From assembly GCA_038204425.1 (NCBI GenBank), contig JBBRCZ010000001.1:352001-416000 (forward strand): 64,000 bases of DNA. The letters run 5' to 3'. Below are positions 19,426-29,301 of this stretch, piece after piece; the first letter of the stretch is position 1, and the number at the start of each line of letters is the position of its first letter. The notes beneath the pieces are model-generated. The model searched no databases, was not told where the DNA came from, and saw only the letters and a program-made list of their open reading frames with translations. Made by a program: the position numbers and the translations under genes. The DNA is from Spirochaetia bacterium (GTDB taxonomy: Bacteria > Spirochaetota > Spirochaetia > DSM-27196 > Salinispiraceae).

Positions 19426-20315
19426 CTAGGTCAAGTTTGAAGTTCAAGTCCAAATCAAAATTTCTGTTTGTATATCTGTTTCTTTTTATGACTCTTGTAT
19501 CTTGTGATGCTAAAAACTCAAATGAATTGGTCAGAGCTGAGAAAACGCAGTTAGAGCAATCAAGTCCGTTTGGCAAACCAAACCAAGAGCTTATTGCCAT
19601 AACAAGCCCCTTACCCACTGCAATAACAGCCCGTATTTTAGGTCAAGCAACTAGCTTTATGAGCCTTGTTTCTCAAGTACTCTCGCAGCATGAACTAATA
19701 GTCTTGGTTGACAAACAGCATGGATTACCTGCTGACTATCAACCAAATGATTTGGTCAATTTAGCTAATTTTTCGGCACAGTTTTCCGTTAGTCGCAAAG
19801 ATCATTCGTTGCGAAGATCCGCTGCTAAAGCATTGGCAGAAATGAACAAAGCTGCTCTCAAAGCAGACATTACTTTGTTGATTTCATCGACGTTTCGTAG
19901 CTTTAGCTACCAAAGTACAGTATTTTCACGCAATGTTCGAGAGCAAGGTCAAAAAGAAGCCGAACGCGTTAGTGCCAGACCTGGAACGAGTCAACATCAA
20001 CTTGGTACCGCAATAGACTTTGGAAGCATTACTCAAGATTTTGCGTACACCAAAGCCGGAAAATGGCTCTTTGAACAGGCAGGCAAACATGGATGGTCGC
20101 TGTCGTACCCTGAGGGGGCTGAGGATTTGACAGGCTATATGTGGGAACCTTGGCACTATCGATACCTTGGCATAGCCGCTTGCCAGTTGCAAAAAGATTT
20201 TTTTGAAGATTCACAACAAACTATGCTTACGTTCTTACATTACAATCGTGAGCAATTGATCAAATTATCGGCTCAACAGAAAACACCAACCACCTTGCAG
20301 CAGGCGATCAACTAA
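19422..20315 (+). CDS. M15B family (VanY/LdcB-like) carboxypeptidase, lipoprotein
   Basis: LVSC lipobox; SSTFRS, SARPGTSQHQLGTAID, EPWHYRY. Confidence 0.9.
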   Translation: MTRSSLKFKSKSKFLFVYLFLFMTLVSCDAKNSNELVRAEKTQLEQSSPFGKPNQELIAITSPLPTAITARILGQATSFMSLVSQVLSQHELIVLVDKQHGLPADYQPNDLVNLANFSAQFSVSRKDHSLRRSAAKALAEMNKAALKADITLLISSTFRSFSYQSTVFSRNVREQGQKEAERVSARPGTSQHQLGTAIDFGSITQDFAYTKAGKWLFEQAGKHGWSLSYPEGAEDLTGYMWEPWHYRYLGIAACQLQKDFFEDSQQTMLTFLHYNREQLIKLSAQQKTPTTLQQAIN

Positions 20316-20318
20316 AAC

Positions 20319-21608
20319 ATGGAGTTACTTGCACCAGCAGGCGACTTGGATAAACTTGAGGCCGCATGGCGCTTTGGAGCCGACGCAGCCTATCTTGGTT
20401 TGCCTGGTATGTCACTTAGGGCAAACACTGGGTTTCTTAGTCCTGGTGACATAGAAAGACTCAATTCACTCAAATCAGATTTTCCGCAAAAAAAGTGGTA
20501 CGCTGCAGTAAATCGCTATTGTAAACCTGATGACTTTTCTCGCGTGGATAGTTTGTGTCAGACCATCGAAGCAGCACAACCTGATGGTTTGATAGTCGCG
20601 GACCTAGGACTGTTTAGTATTCTTAAAGCAAGCTTTCCAAACTTTAAGTTTCATCTCAGTACTCAAGCTAATACACTCAATGCCTACGCTGTTGCCCTGT
20701 ATCGAGACCTTGGATTCTCTAGAATCGTCTTGGCACGAGAATTGAGTCTCAGCGATATTGAAACGATTCGCAAACAGGTTCCTGATATCGAACTTGAAGT
20801 TTTTGTCCACGGCGCTATGTGCTTAGCACTCTCGGGACGTTGTTTGATTAGCACGTGGACTACGGGCCGTAGTGCAAACTCGGGCGACTGTACTCACTCA
20901 TGTCGTTGGGACTACAAACTTTTGGAAAAAAAGCCTGAATTAGTGCTCGAAGAATCTAAACGTCCAGGGGAGTATTATCCTGTAATTGAAGAAGACTCAT
21001 TCACTAGTCTAATGTCTTCAAAGGACTTAAGTATGATCGCACACTTGGACCAGCTCAAGGCCTGCGGAGTTGACAGCATCAAAATTGAAGGACGCATGAA
21101 ATCGGTCTATTATGTTTCGCTCCTAAGCGGACTATACCGCAAAGCTTTGGAAAGTCTGCAACTATCAGACCACGGCGAGTGCTACCGTAGAACTATCGAC
21201 TACTTGGAAAAAGAGCTCGATCAACTTAGCCAACGCGATCGAGGCACCGGATTTTATTTTGGCGACCAATCGGCAATGCAAATAGCATCGCGTGGTTATA
21301 AGTCAAACTATGCTTTTTTGGCTCACGTTCGACAAGAGAAAGAACTATCGGCTTCCTTTATAACCGGATCATCTAGTGAGCCTTGGTATTGTTATCAAAT
21401 TGACGTCAAAAATCCTTTTTCTATGCAGGACACTGTGGAACTGCTTCTTCCCGGACTTTTAACGCAACCGTTAAAAAATGCTCAACTTTTTGATTCAAAA
21501 TCTATTGCGCGTCAACGCTGTGTATCGGGGCAGTTCTGGGATCTCTATGTTAAAGATAGACTCCCAATAGGAACTATTTTAAGAAAATTACAGATAGAAA
21601 CCCCTTGA
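20319..21608 (+). CDS. Peptidase U32 family Fe-S protein (TrhP-like)
   Basis: ELLAPAG, HLSTQAN, VHGAMCLALSGRC, CTHSCRW, KIEGRMKS. Confidence 0.9.
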   Translation: MELLAPAGDLDKLEAAWRFGADAAYLGLPGMSLRANTGFLSPGDIERLNSLKSDFPQKKWYAAVNRYCKPDDFSRVDSLCQTIEAAQPDGLIVADLGLFSILKASFPNFKFHLSTQANTLNAYAVALYRDLGFSRIVLARELSLSDIETIRKQVPDIELEVFVHGAMCLALSGRCLISTWTTGRSANSGDCTHSCRWDYKLLEKKPELVLEESKRPGEYYPVIEEDSFTSLMSSKDLSMIAHLDQLKACGVDSIKIEGRMKSVYYVSLLSGLYRKALESLQLSDHGECYRRTIDYLEKELDQLSQRDRGTGFYFGDQSAMQIASRGYKSNYAFLAHVRQEKELSASFITGSSSEPWYCYQIDVKNPFSMQDTVELLLPGLLTQPLKNAQLFDSKSIARQRCVSGQFWDLYVKDRLPIGTILRKLQIETP

Positions 21609-21693
21609 TTGTTGAGGGTCGCGATTCAAGTATGTTATCGTACCGGCAAGTTTTTTAGTAAATAAAGTTATTCTCTTTTGTAAGGAAGTAGGC

Positions 21694-23067
21694 ATGTCAA
21701 ACAGCAAGTCCAAGTATGATCTAGATAGTAATTTTGCTTCAATTGGTCTCAAGATTCCTTATTTGCTCTTGCCCGCAAAAAATATTGATCTTACAAAATG
21801 GGCTGTTGTTGCTTGTGATCAGTACACCTCAGATCAACTTTATTGGCAAGAAGTCGACCAGATTGTTGGCCAAGCCGAATCTAGCCTGCGGATAACTTTA
21901 CCAGAAATCTTTCTTGAAGCTGCGAACGTGGAAGACAGAATACATGCTATCCACGCCGCAATGAACAGCTACATTACAGACGGTGTTTTAGTAGAGCATG
22001 ACCCCGCCTTAGTCTATGTTGAACGAACAACCGAGGCATCAGGTTTACGGCAGGGACTCATAGTTGCCGTTGATTTAGAGCATTACGACTATGCCCCCGA
22101 CTCGACTACACTCATTCGAGCAACAGAGGGCACTATCGTCGACAGAATTCCACCCCGACTTCGTGTTCGAAAAAAAGCAGCTTTAGAGATTCCGCACATA
22201 ATGATTCTGATTGATGATCCAAATTTCACTGTTATTGAGCCATTGCAGAAGCAAAGCACCGGTTTGGAAAGCCTCTATGAAGTCGAGCTGATAAAACACG
22301 GTGGCAAGCTGAAAGGATTTTTGCTTGATGATTTACAAAACCTGCAAGCAATCTATGATGCGCTCTACACGCTTTTTGAAGCAAGCAAAAAAAATCAGAA
22401 CACAAAAACACCCTTGTTCTTTGCAATGGGCGACGGAAACCATTCCTTGGCAACAGCAAAGGCCCATTGGGTTGCACTTAAAGCAGAGCTACTTGATAAA
22501 AAGATTAGTCAAGATGAAGTAATGAAGCACCCTGCCCGCTTTGCTTTGGCAGAAATTGTCAACATACATTCTAACGGCCTGCGCTTTGAACCTATTCACC
22601 GAGCGGTTTTTTCCAAAAAACCGCAAGAGTTTATCCACATGGCAAAAAAGTCAGCTTTGGTTCAAAAGATCACGCTCACTAGCGAACAAGACGCCAAGTC
22701 TTTGATCGATAGTGAACAAGGCAAGCAGTCGGCAGTTCTTTTTGCAGGGGGCGATTTTCTGCGGCTTGATTTTGTCAACAAAGACCTCCTTCCACCGGCC
22801 CAAATTGATTTGTTGTATCAAGAGTTCAAAACCAACTTTGATCCATCAGCTAAAGTTGACTTTATACATGGTTGGGAAGACTGTACTAAGTTAATCAACG
22901 AAAACGCTGTTGCTTGTTTGGTTCCGGTAATTGCTCGTGCTGAACTTTTTTCATGGGTTGCGCAAAACGGACCGCTACCGAGAAAAGCCTTTAGCATGGG
23001 AGAAGCTGAAGAAAAACGATACTATCTTGAGGCAAAGAGCATTGAAACAACGAAAAAAACCAACTAA
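21694..23067 (+). CDS. DUF1015 family protein
   Basis: WAVVACDQYTS, RATEGT, RIPPR, AMGDGNHSLATAK, LPRKAFSMGEAEEKRYYLE. Confidence 0.85.
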   Translation: MSNSKSKYDLDSNFASIGLKIPYLLLPAKNIDLTKWAVVACDQYTSDQLYWQEVDQIVGQAESSLRITLPEIFLEAANVEDRIHAIHAAMNSYITDGVLVEHDPALVYVERTTEASGLRQGLIVAVDLEHYDYAPDSTTLIRATEGTIVDRIPPRLRVRKKAALEIPHIMILIDDPNFTVIEPLQKQSTGLESLYEVELIKHGGKLKGFLLDDLQNLQAIYDALYTLFEASKKNQNTKTPLFFAMGDGNHSLATAKAHWVALKAELLDKKISQDEVMKHPARFALAEIVNIHSNGLRFEPIHRAVFSKKPQEFIHMAKKSALVQKITLTSEQDAKSLIDSEQGKQSAVLFAGGDFLRLDFVNKDLLPPAQIDLLYQEFKTNFDPSAKVDFIHGWEDCTKLINENAVACLVPVIARAELFSWVAQNGPLPRKAFSMGEAEEKRYYLEAKSIETTKKTN

Positions 23068-23085
23068 ACTCAAAAAAATTTGTAC

Positions 23086-23114
23086 TTTACCTAAATAACC
23101 TATAGTGTTACAAT
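23086..23114 (+). promoter_or_regulatory. sigma70-like promoter with extended -10
   Basis: TTTACC, 17-nt spacer, TGtTACAAT; SD GGAGG at 23122-23126. Confidence 0.5.
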
Positions 23115-23133
23115 AAATGGTGGAGGTGCTCTG

Positions 23134-24090
23134 TTGTTAATTTTTGACAAAAAGCCCTTGGTTTTTTTGGCAGTTTTTTGTGCCGCCTTTAGCTCAGCAG
23201 TGTCTCAGCTGCCCAATAGCCAGATAGTTTTTACCTACGCCGGACTGCACGTTTCAAAACCAGCCGGTGCCGTGATAAGTCCAATAGAAATGCAACTCTT
23301 GGACACAAGAATAAAAGCCGCCCTTCTAGAGGTAGCAAGACAAGAAAACTATCGTATAGTGGAACTGGATATGCAGAATGTGCTTGGCCAACTTCCTGAT
23401 GAGTCATATATTGTACCGCTAATCAGACATGCCAGAACCAATGGAACAGCATTAAGTGGCAATGGACTAATTTTTTGTTCACTTAGTTTCAAGCAAGATC
23501 GTATGACGTTCAACGCACAAATGTACTCAACACCAAGCTTTGAGCTTGTCATGGAAATGAATGATAGTGGAAAAACCATAGACGAAATATTGAACCATAT
23601 CAGGCATCCGCTTTATGGTCTGTTTGGCATTAGCCCCCCCGGCAATACACAAGTGGCCACCAACTCTTCCAGCAGAACCAGTGTAGGTGCTTTTCTTCAG
23701 AACAAAGACATAACATTCTCAGACGTTAGGGGTGTCTGGCAAGGCGACTATGGCATTGGAAAAGTAGAGCTGTTTGGAGATGGCACTGGTTTGGCCCACC
23801 TCAACGAAAGCGAATCTATCAAGATTAAGATCCTTGTTGATGGCAATACCATATTGATTAAACAAGACGAAGCAAACTCTCCAAAGATCTACTTGCCAAT
23901 ATTTCCGTACTCGATTGCTAGTCAAGCAGTAAGGCTTGCTAGACCAATTAGCTGGGAATTTAAGCTAACAGTAGAAAGAGATCGGTTATTTGGTGTAAAA
24001 AACACTAGCTATTTCTATATTGAACAAGGAAAAGTAATTCAAGTGGACAATACCTATTCCAGAGATGCAGTCTGGATTCGTATCCCATGA
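23134..24090 (+). CDS. Secreted spirochete hypothetical protein (TP0183-like)
   Basis: Signal peptide; SD GGAGG; C-terminal WQGDYGIGKV...YSRDAVWIR; family assignment is from memory and position next to ftsB-like gene. Confidence 0.6.
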   Translation: MLIFDKKPLVFLAVFCAAFSSAVSQLPNSQIVFTYAGLHVSKPAGAVISPIEMQLLDTRIKAALLEVARQENYRIVELDMQNVLGQLPDESYIVPLIRHARTNGTALSGNGLIFCSLSFKQDRMTFNAQMYSTPSFELVMEMNDSGKTIDEILNHIRHPLYGLFGISPPGNTQVATNSSSRTSVGAFLQNKDITFSDVRGVWQGDYGIGKVELFGDGTGLAHLNESESIKIKILVDGNTILIKQDEANSPKIYLPIFPYSIASQAVRLARPISWEFKLTVERDRLFGVKNTSYFYIEQGKVIQVDNTYSRDAVWIRIP

Positions 24091-24533
24091 CCTTTTCTTC
24101 TTCGGCCTGAGCTTGGTTCTAAACTCAACAGGTTTAGAACTATTAGTGACAGAAGTGCCAAACACAAAGACACTCCAAGGCTCAGACTGTTAGATTGGTT
24201 GCTGTTACTTGTCCTAGTCATCACTTTGCCCGGTGAAAAATGCGTTAGGTCGGCTTGCGACCTTGTCCGAATCGCAATATCGTACTTTGAAATTAAACCA
24301 AGCCGCTGTGCTTCATCTTGAAGCCGAGTTGCATCACTTGAAAGTCTGTCAATCTCACTTCCATATTGGTGTTTAATGTTCTCTAGATCAATAATATTGA
24401 GCTGAAGTCTTTGTTCGTATTTTTCAAGTTCTGCCAGTGCCTCAATGCCTGCTGGCCCCCAAATACTCTGAAAGAACTGAAACGACGAGAAAAAAATACA
24501 AAAGGCAAGTACAGGCTGCGAGAGTTTCACCAT
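24054..24533 (-). CDS. Septum formation initiator family protein (FtsB/DivIC-like)
   Basis: TM helix, WGPAG, coiled coil, EAQRLGLI motif; extra C-terminal TM helix. Confidence 0.7.
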   Translation of the reverse strand: MVKLSQPVLAFCIFFSSFQFFQSIWGPAGIEALAELEKYEQRLQLNIIDLENIKHQYGSEIDRLSSDATRLQDEAQRLGLISKYDIAIRTRSQADLTHFSPGKVMTRTSNSNQSNSLSLGVSLCLALLSLIVLNLLSLEPSSGRRRKGHGIRIQTASLE

Positions 24534-24599
24534 TTCATTTACGGTCTAAACAAAACAATTCTTTAGAACCATAACGAGAGATAAGCACCTGGTCCAAGA

Positions 24600-24628
24600 T
24601 TGACAGCTACATTGCCATACAGTAGATT
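24600..24628 (+). promoter_or_regulatory. sigma70-like promoter upstream of the acidic-protein operon
   Basis: TTGACA (24600-24605), 17-nt spacer, TAGATT (24623-24628). Confidence 0.6.
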
Positions 24629-24709
24629 AAAATTATGGACGGCGAGCTTCAAGTTAAAGACTGGCTTGGCCGATGATTAAATGTCTTGTGTTGTTGTGTA
24701 TGAGGAATT

Positions 24710-26824
24710 ATGCCTATTTTTAAAGAACCGGATGATTTACCAGCACTTGACGAATCCGGCTTGGACGAATACGGAGTATGGGTTAAACTTGGGTCAGACG
24801 GTGTGGATTTAGATAAAGTTAACTTGCTGGATGATATTGAAGAAATTGAAGTTAAAGACGAGACTTATCTTGATAGTCCGTTGAGTCTTGATCTTGAGGA
24901 CGAGCTGACTATAGCCGATCCAATGCTGGATGGTATATCCAGTGCAGATTTTTCAGAGGGACAGGAATCAGAGCTTATGAGTAACCAAGAAAAAAAATAT
25001 GACTTGCTTGCAAATGATTCACAAAATTCGGGACTCAGCCAGGATTCTGATATAGATCTTTCGGGTACTGATGATCTGAGCGATCTTTCTGAGCTGCTAT
25101 TGAGTATCGACGAGGAAGTAAACGAAGACGAAACCATTTACTTAGAAGATGATGAATTGTCATTAGACTTGGATTCTGGTTCTGAAGATATTCTTCTCGA
25201 GCCCGAAGGAACCGACGCGGGTAATGGTGACGACTACTCTGGGGATATTGAGATCCCAGGCCTCGATGATGATTTGTCAGTTCTTTCTTTTGATGATGAC
25301 AGCGGAGTAGATTTTTCGGCTTTGGATTTGGAAGAAGACTCACAGCAAGACTCACTTTCAGCTCTTGATAAACCGCAGAAAGCGGAAATTGAACTTCACA
25401 ATATCGAAGAAGTCGGACTCGATGAATTTATTGACATCAACGAAGATGAAACCAGCCCTTCACTCTCCAATGAGGAAGAAGACGAACTGCTTCTCATCAA
25501 TGAGCCGGATTCTGAGGAAGGTATCATCATAGACGAAAGTCTGCCGTCACTTGATGATGACTTTGAAACCAGTGAAGTAGAATTGGGCACATTCAAAAAC
25601 GATTCTGACTTTGACGCTTCAGAGTTTATGCTAGATTCCCAAGAAGATATGATCAACGTAACAGCTGCTGAAGATGATTTAGAGGTTCGTGTAGGCGGCT
25701 TTGACGACGTTGCAGCCGTAGAACGAGCGTTTAGCCAAGAAGAGGCACCAAGCCGCAAAGAATCAGTTGCAGAGACCGTTACAGAGAGGCATAAAGAGTC
25801 AGTTTTGGGTAACCGAGTTGAGCATGATTCGCTGCGAAGTATCGAAGAAGAACTACACGCTATCCGCAGCGAACTAACAGATCTACGCATTGAACTGAAA
25901 CGCCTGAGAACTAAAGACTCAACTAGTAACAACGTGGCAGATTTGGCTGAGCAAAAACCGTTGGACAGTCTCTCCGTTGACCCAATTGAGCAACATCAGT
26001 TGGAGTCTAACGAAACTGAGACAAATAATCTAAGTGATGATGAAACCATAGGTGGCTTCTTTGAAGATGACGAAGATGAAACGATAGCTTTGACCGGTGA
26101 CGAACTAGACAATATTCTTAATTCCGCGGAGTTCACTGAAGAAGAAGGCGAACCAACACAAATAGATGAATCTGAAGAGCTGGTAAGTGCCACTTCAGCA
26201 TCTGATGACCTACCTATCCTTGCTTTTGAAGACCAAGCAGAAAATGACGCTTTTTCACCTATAGAAGAGATCAGTCTGCAAGAAATCTCTGATGAAGACT
26301 CTAATCAAGAACTCGGCGATTTTGACCTCGGTCCGAGCAATGAAGAAGTGTTTGGAGTAGAAGATAGCAGTTTGCTTGATGAGGACGACCATGAAGAAGT
26401 TCGTTCCATGGCGCAGCTGGACATCGAAAAGGAACTGGCAGACATCGAGGATTTACAGGATGATGAGGATGATCTTGAGGTTTTTTCGTCTGATGAAATT
26501 GCAGATATATCAATCGATATTCCAGAAGATCTCGACCTAAATCCAAATGAGGATAATTGGGAAACCATAGAATCATTAGACAACCTACCGGAGCAAGCGC
26601 AAAACTCTGTTGAAAGTCCAAACGATACTATGAACAATACTGCAAACGACTCAGCCAGTTTACCTTCAGAACCAGTAACGCACTCATTAAAACAAGAAAT
26701 TAAAGCTGTCCTATCGTACATGGATAGGCTTCTCGAGTCACTTCCTGAAGAAAAAATTGAAGAGTTTGCACGATCAGAGCATTTTGAAGTCTATAAAAAA
26801 CTCTTTGAAGAGTTGGGGATTTGA
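24710..26824 (+). CDS. Highly acidic, largely disordered protein with coiled coil and C-terminal helical domain
   Basis: SD GAGG; D/E/S/L-rich; ordered islands LDEYGVWVK, LRSIEEELHAIRSELTDLRIELKRLR, GGFFEDDEDETIALTGDELDNIL, LKQEIKAVLSYMDRLLESLPEEKIEEFARSEHFEVYKKLFEELGI. Confidence 0.85.
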   Translation: MPIFKEPDDLPALDESGLDEYGVWVKLGSDGVDLDKVNLLDDIEEIEVKDETYLDSPLSLDLEDELTIADPMLDGISSADFSEGQESELMSNQEKKYDLLANDSQNSGLSQDSDIDLSGTDDLSDLSELLLSIDEEVNEDETIYLEDDELSLDLDSGSEDILLEPEGTDAGNGDDYSGDIEIPGLDDDLSVLSFDDDSGVDFSALDLEEDSQQDSLSALDKPQKAEIELHNIEEVGLDEFIDINEDETSPSLSNEEEDELLLINEPDSEEGIIIDESLPSLDDDFETSEVELGTFKNDSDFDASEFMLDSQEDMINVTAAEDDLEVRVGGFDDVAAVERAFSQEEAPSRKESVAETVTERHKESVLGNRVEHDSLRSIEEELHAIRSELTDLRIELKRLRTKDSTSNNVADLAEQKPLDSLSVDPIEQHQLESNETETNNLSDDETIGGFFEDDEDETIALTGDELDNILNSAEFTEEEGEPTQIDESEELVSATSASDDLPILAFEDQAENDAFSPIEEISLQEISDEDSNQELGDFDLGPSNEEVFGVEDSSLLDEDDHEEVRSMAQLDIEKELADIEDLQDDEDDLEVFSSDEIADISIDIPEDLDLNPNEDNWETIESLDNLPEQAQNSVESPNDTMNNTANDSASLPSEPVTHSLKQEIKAVLSYMDRLLESLPEEKIEEFARSEHFEVYKKLFEELGI

Positions 26825-26825
26825 C

Positions 26826-27898
26826 ATGAGTCTTCTTCTAAAAATGAGTTCGTTAAAATACTACGAGAGTTCAATAGATATCCCTGGTCTTGTCAGGAAA
26901 GCAATTAGATTGGGCAACGCTAGGACAGAGACTAAAACAAACGAACAAGTCAATAAAAAAAAAACGATTCTTCAGCACTAGTTCAGTCTGCTTTTGATGG
27001 ACAAGAACTACTTGATCTTGGCGCTCTGGTTAATAGTCTTATAAAATATAGCGTAAGACAGAGAAAGGGTTTTGCAGGTTTAATTGACCTGTTTCCCGTT
27101 CTGCAAGATCTTATCGGTTTTACTTCGGCACTTTTCCTTTTGCCGCAAGTGCAAGATGGCGACCTACTACCATTTGCTTATCGAGGCTTAGACAATGGTG
27201 CTGTTTTTGACTTCAAAATTACCCAGCAAGAACTTGGTTTTTTAGGTGCACATAGCACTGTCTTGACTCCACAAGATCTTTCCGCAGTTGAATCAAAATT
27301 AAAGCTTGCAAGACTAAACAAAGATCTTGAGTTTACTTGGTTGGTCAAATCCAACCGTGCCCAACAGCCCTTTGCCTTGCTCATATTCAACTCATCATTG
27401 GATTCCGTAAGCTCCGAAAAAGCTACTTTGGCTCTTGATGCAATTGGTCAAATAGTAAATTCTCTTGAGCTCAATCAACTATTGAAGGCAGATAGATCAA
27501 CACACTACTTTGTTGCGGATCTAAAAAACAATCACGAACTAAGAACTTCAACCGTTGATGGAAGCATTAAGTCTCTTTTGCTTTTTAGGTCAGATCTATT
27601 TCTTGATTCAATAGCCTGCCTATTACCAAGTATTGAAAAAAACTTCATTGAAACTATTGCACATCGCCACTTGTCATCCTTACTTCAAAACTACCATAGC
27701 GGTACAATCTATCTTCGCGATACACTGATATTTTTGGTCAGAATTGAAGTATCAGAGTTGCAATCGCACGTGCTTCCTCTGATAAAGGACTCTTTTCTTG
27801 AACTTTTTGGCTTTGGTAGTCAGGAACGCTCTATTGAATACTTTGAAACTAGAATGCCCGAATATCTAATTGAACTTGCGTCTGAAACTATTAAATAA
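26826..27898 (+). CDS. Hypothetical protein (possible GAF-like domain) split by a frameshift at an A10 run; 51-aa product unshifted, 357-aa product if shifted
   Basis: ATG at 26826 directly after the previous stop; 0-frame stop TAG ends at 26981; -1 frame open from the A10 run (26955-26964) to 27898 with no credible own start. Confidence 0.65.
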
Positions 27899-27906
27899 TT
27901 AGAAAA

Positions 27907-29301
27907 ATGGCGAACTTTGTGATTAAAATCAATCAAAACCAGCAGAAATCAGCATTTTTTGCGGGCCGATCTTTGCTGTCAACCAGGAATCCGGACGCAC
28001 AAATTGCAAAGTATATGAGTGAGCAAGAAATTGACAAGCATGATACGGTTCTATTGCTTGCCCCACCGTTCCAATATATGCAGGCCTGGCTCTCGCACCA
28101 ACGGCAGGATTTCTTTGTGGTCTTTCCTGAGTACAACGAAATATTTGATAATGCCAACCTTGCAAGCTCTAAGAAGACTTGGACAGGTGGCAAAGACCTT
28201 AGTATTGGTGTTTTCTTAGAATCCATATTGGATGAACACAACTTTAAGAAACTTAAAATTATTGAGTGGTCTCCCATTAGTTCGCTTTACCATAACTTTA
28301 GAACTGATTTTTTGGCAGCAATCAAATCAACCATTTTTGGTATTCAGCAAAACATTGCAACACAGTCTTTTTTTGGTGGGCGCTGGAATAGCAACACTGT
28401 TTTGAACATCAAATTCATTGAGAATATCCGCTCACCAGCTCGCAGTCAGGGTGTGTGTCTGCTCGCAGCTTCTGGACCCAGCCTTCAACGCAGCCTTGGA
28501 GAGATCCAACGATTCAGAGAACGAGTTGTACTTGCCGCACTTCCCTCTAGTCTTGACTTTCTTACCAGCAACAACATAGTTCCTGATTTGGTATTTAGCT
28601 CAGACGGTGGTTACTACGCAGATATTCACCTGCGCGGCTTTCTTCAAAGAACTAAGCGTAACAAAAAACAGCCGGTCTTTGTTGCGCCTTTTAGAGCAAA
28701 TTTGAGACCGTTTTTTGGCAGTAATAGCTCAGTTTGCTTGACAAGTACCGATACACCCTTGGAAAACTCTATATTGGACTGCAATGAGTACAAGTCAGAT
28801 TTTGCAGTTCTACCCGACCGTGGTACTGTTGCAGCATCAGCGATTGACTACTTGCTCGCTTTTCATAAGGGGCCCATTCTGCTTGCCGGACTTGATCTCG
28901 CGAATTACGATCTAAGCATGCATATCGAACCTCACACCTACTCATACACACATTTTTTTGAGCAAGAAAGAACGACTCCTTGCTTTGATTCTAAAATTAA
29001 AGAATTGTATTGGTCACGTGTATGGAATATTGAAAAATGGTGGAGAAATCCTGCACTACAGCGCTATTTTGAATGGTTTCGCATGCAATCTACAAGTAAC
29101 CTTAGCTATCAGCATAATGTCTTTTGCCACAAGGTTGAGAGTCTGGAAGATCAGTTGTCTTTTTCTTGTTTTGTACCTGCAAAAATCCAAGAACTTCTGT
29201 CTACTTTTACTATACCCGTCAATCGTGTAACTGAGGGCGTAAAAATACCGCGTACTTGCTTTGATAGCTATCTTAAAAAGTATGACAATGTCAAAACCTG
29301 A
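27907..29301 (+). CDS. Maf/DUF115 (MptE-like) protein, putative flagellin glycosyltransferase
   Basis: LLSTRNP, FFGGRWNSNTVLN, LAASGPSL, PDLVFSSDGG, RGTVAASA, LAGLDLA. Confidence 0.8.
   Translation: MANFVIKINQNQQKSAFFAGRSLLSTRNPDAQIAKYMSEQEIDKHDTVLLLAPPFQYMQAWLSHQRQDFFVVFPEYNEIFDNANLASSKKTWTGGKDLSIGVFLESILDEHNFKKLKIIEWSPISSLYHNFRTDFLAAIKSTIFGIQQNIATQSFFGGRWNSNTVLNIKFIENIRSPARSQGVCLLAASGPSLQRSLGEIQRFRERVVLAALPSSLDFLTSNNIVPDLVFSSDGGYYADIHLRGFLQRTKRNKKQPVFVAPFRANLRPFFGSNSSVCLTSTDTPLENSILDCNEYKSDFAVLPDRGTVAASAIDYLLAFHKGPILLAGLDLANYDLSMHIEPHTYSYTHFFEQERTTPCFDSKIKELYWSRVWNIEKWWRNPALQRYFEWFRMQSTSNLSYQHNVFCHKVESLEDQLSFSCFVPAKIQELLSTFTIPVNRVTEGVKIPRTCFDSYLKKYDNVKT

Noticed and set aside
24649..24676. 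Possible sigma28 promoter (TCAA or TAAA ... GCCGATGA) upstream of the acidic protein
   Set aside because: Spacers are 16 nt (from TCAA) or 10 nt (from TAAA) versus the usual 15; a better sigma70 promoter lies just upstream
24865..26721. Long Ser-rich antisense ORFs opposite the acidic protein
   Set aside because: Expected shadow frames of GAA/GAT-rich codons; no independent start signals or motifs
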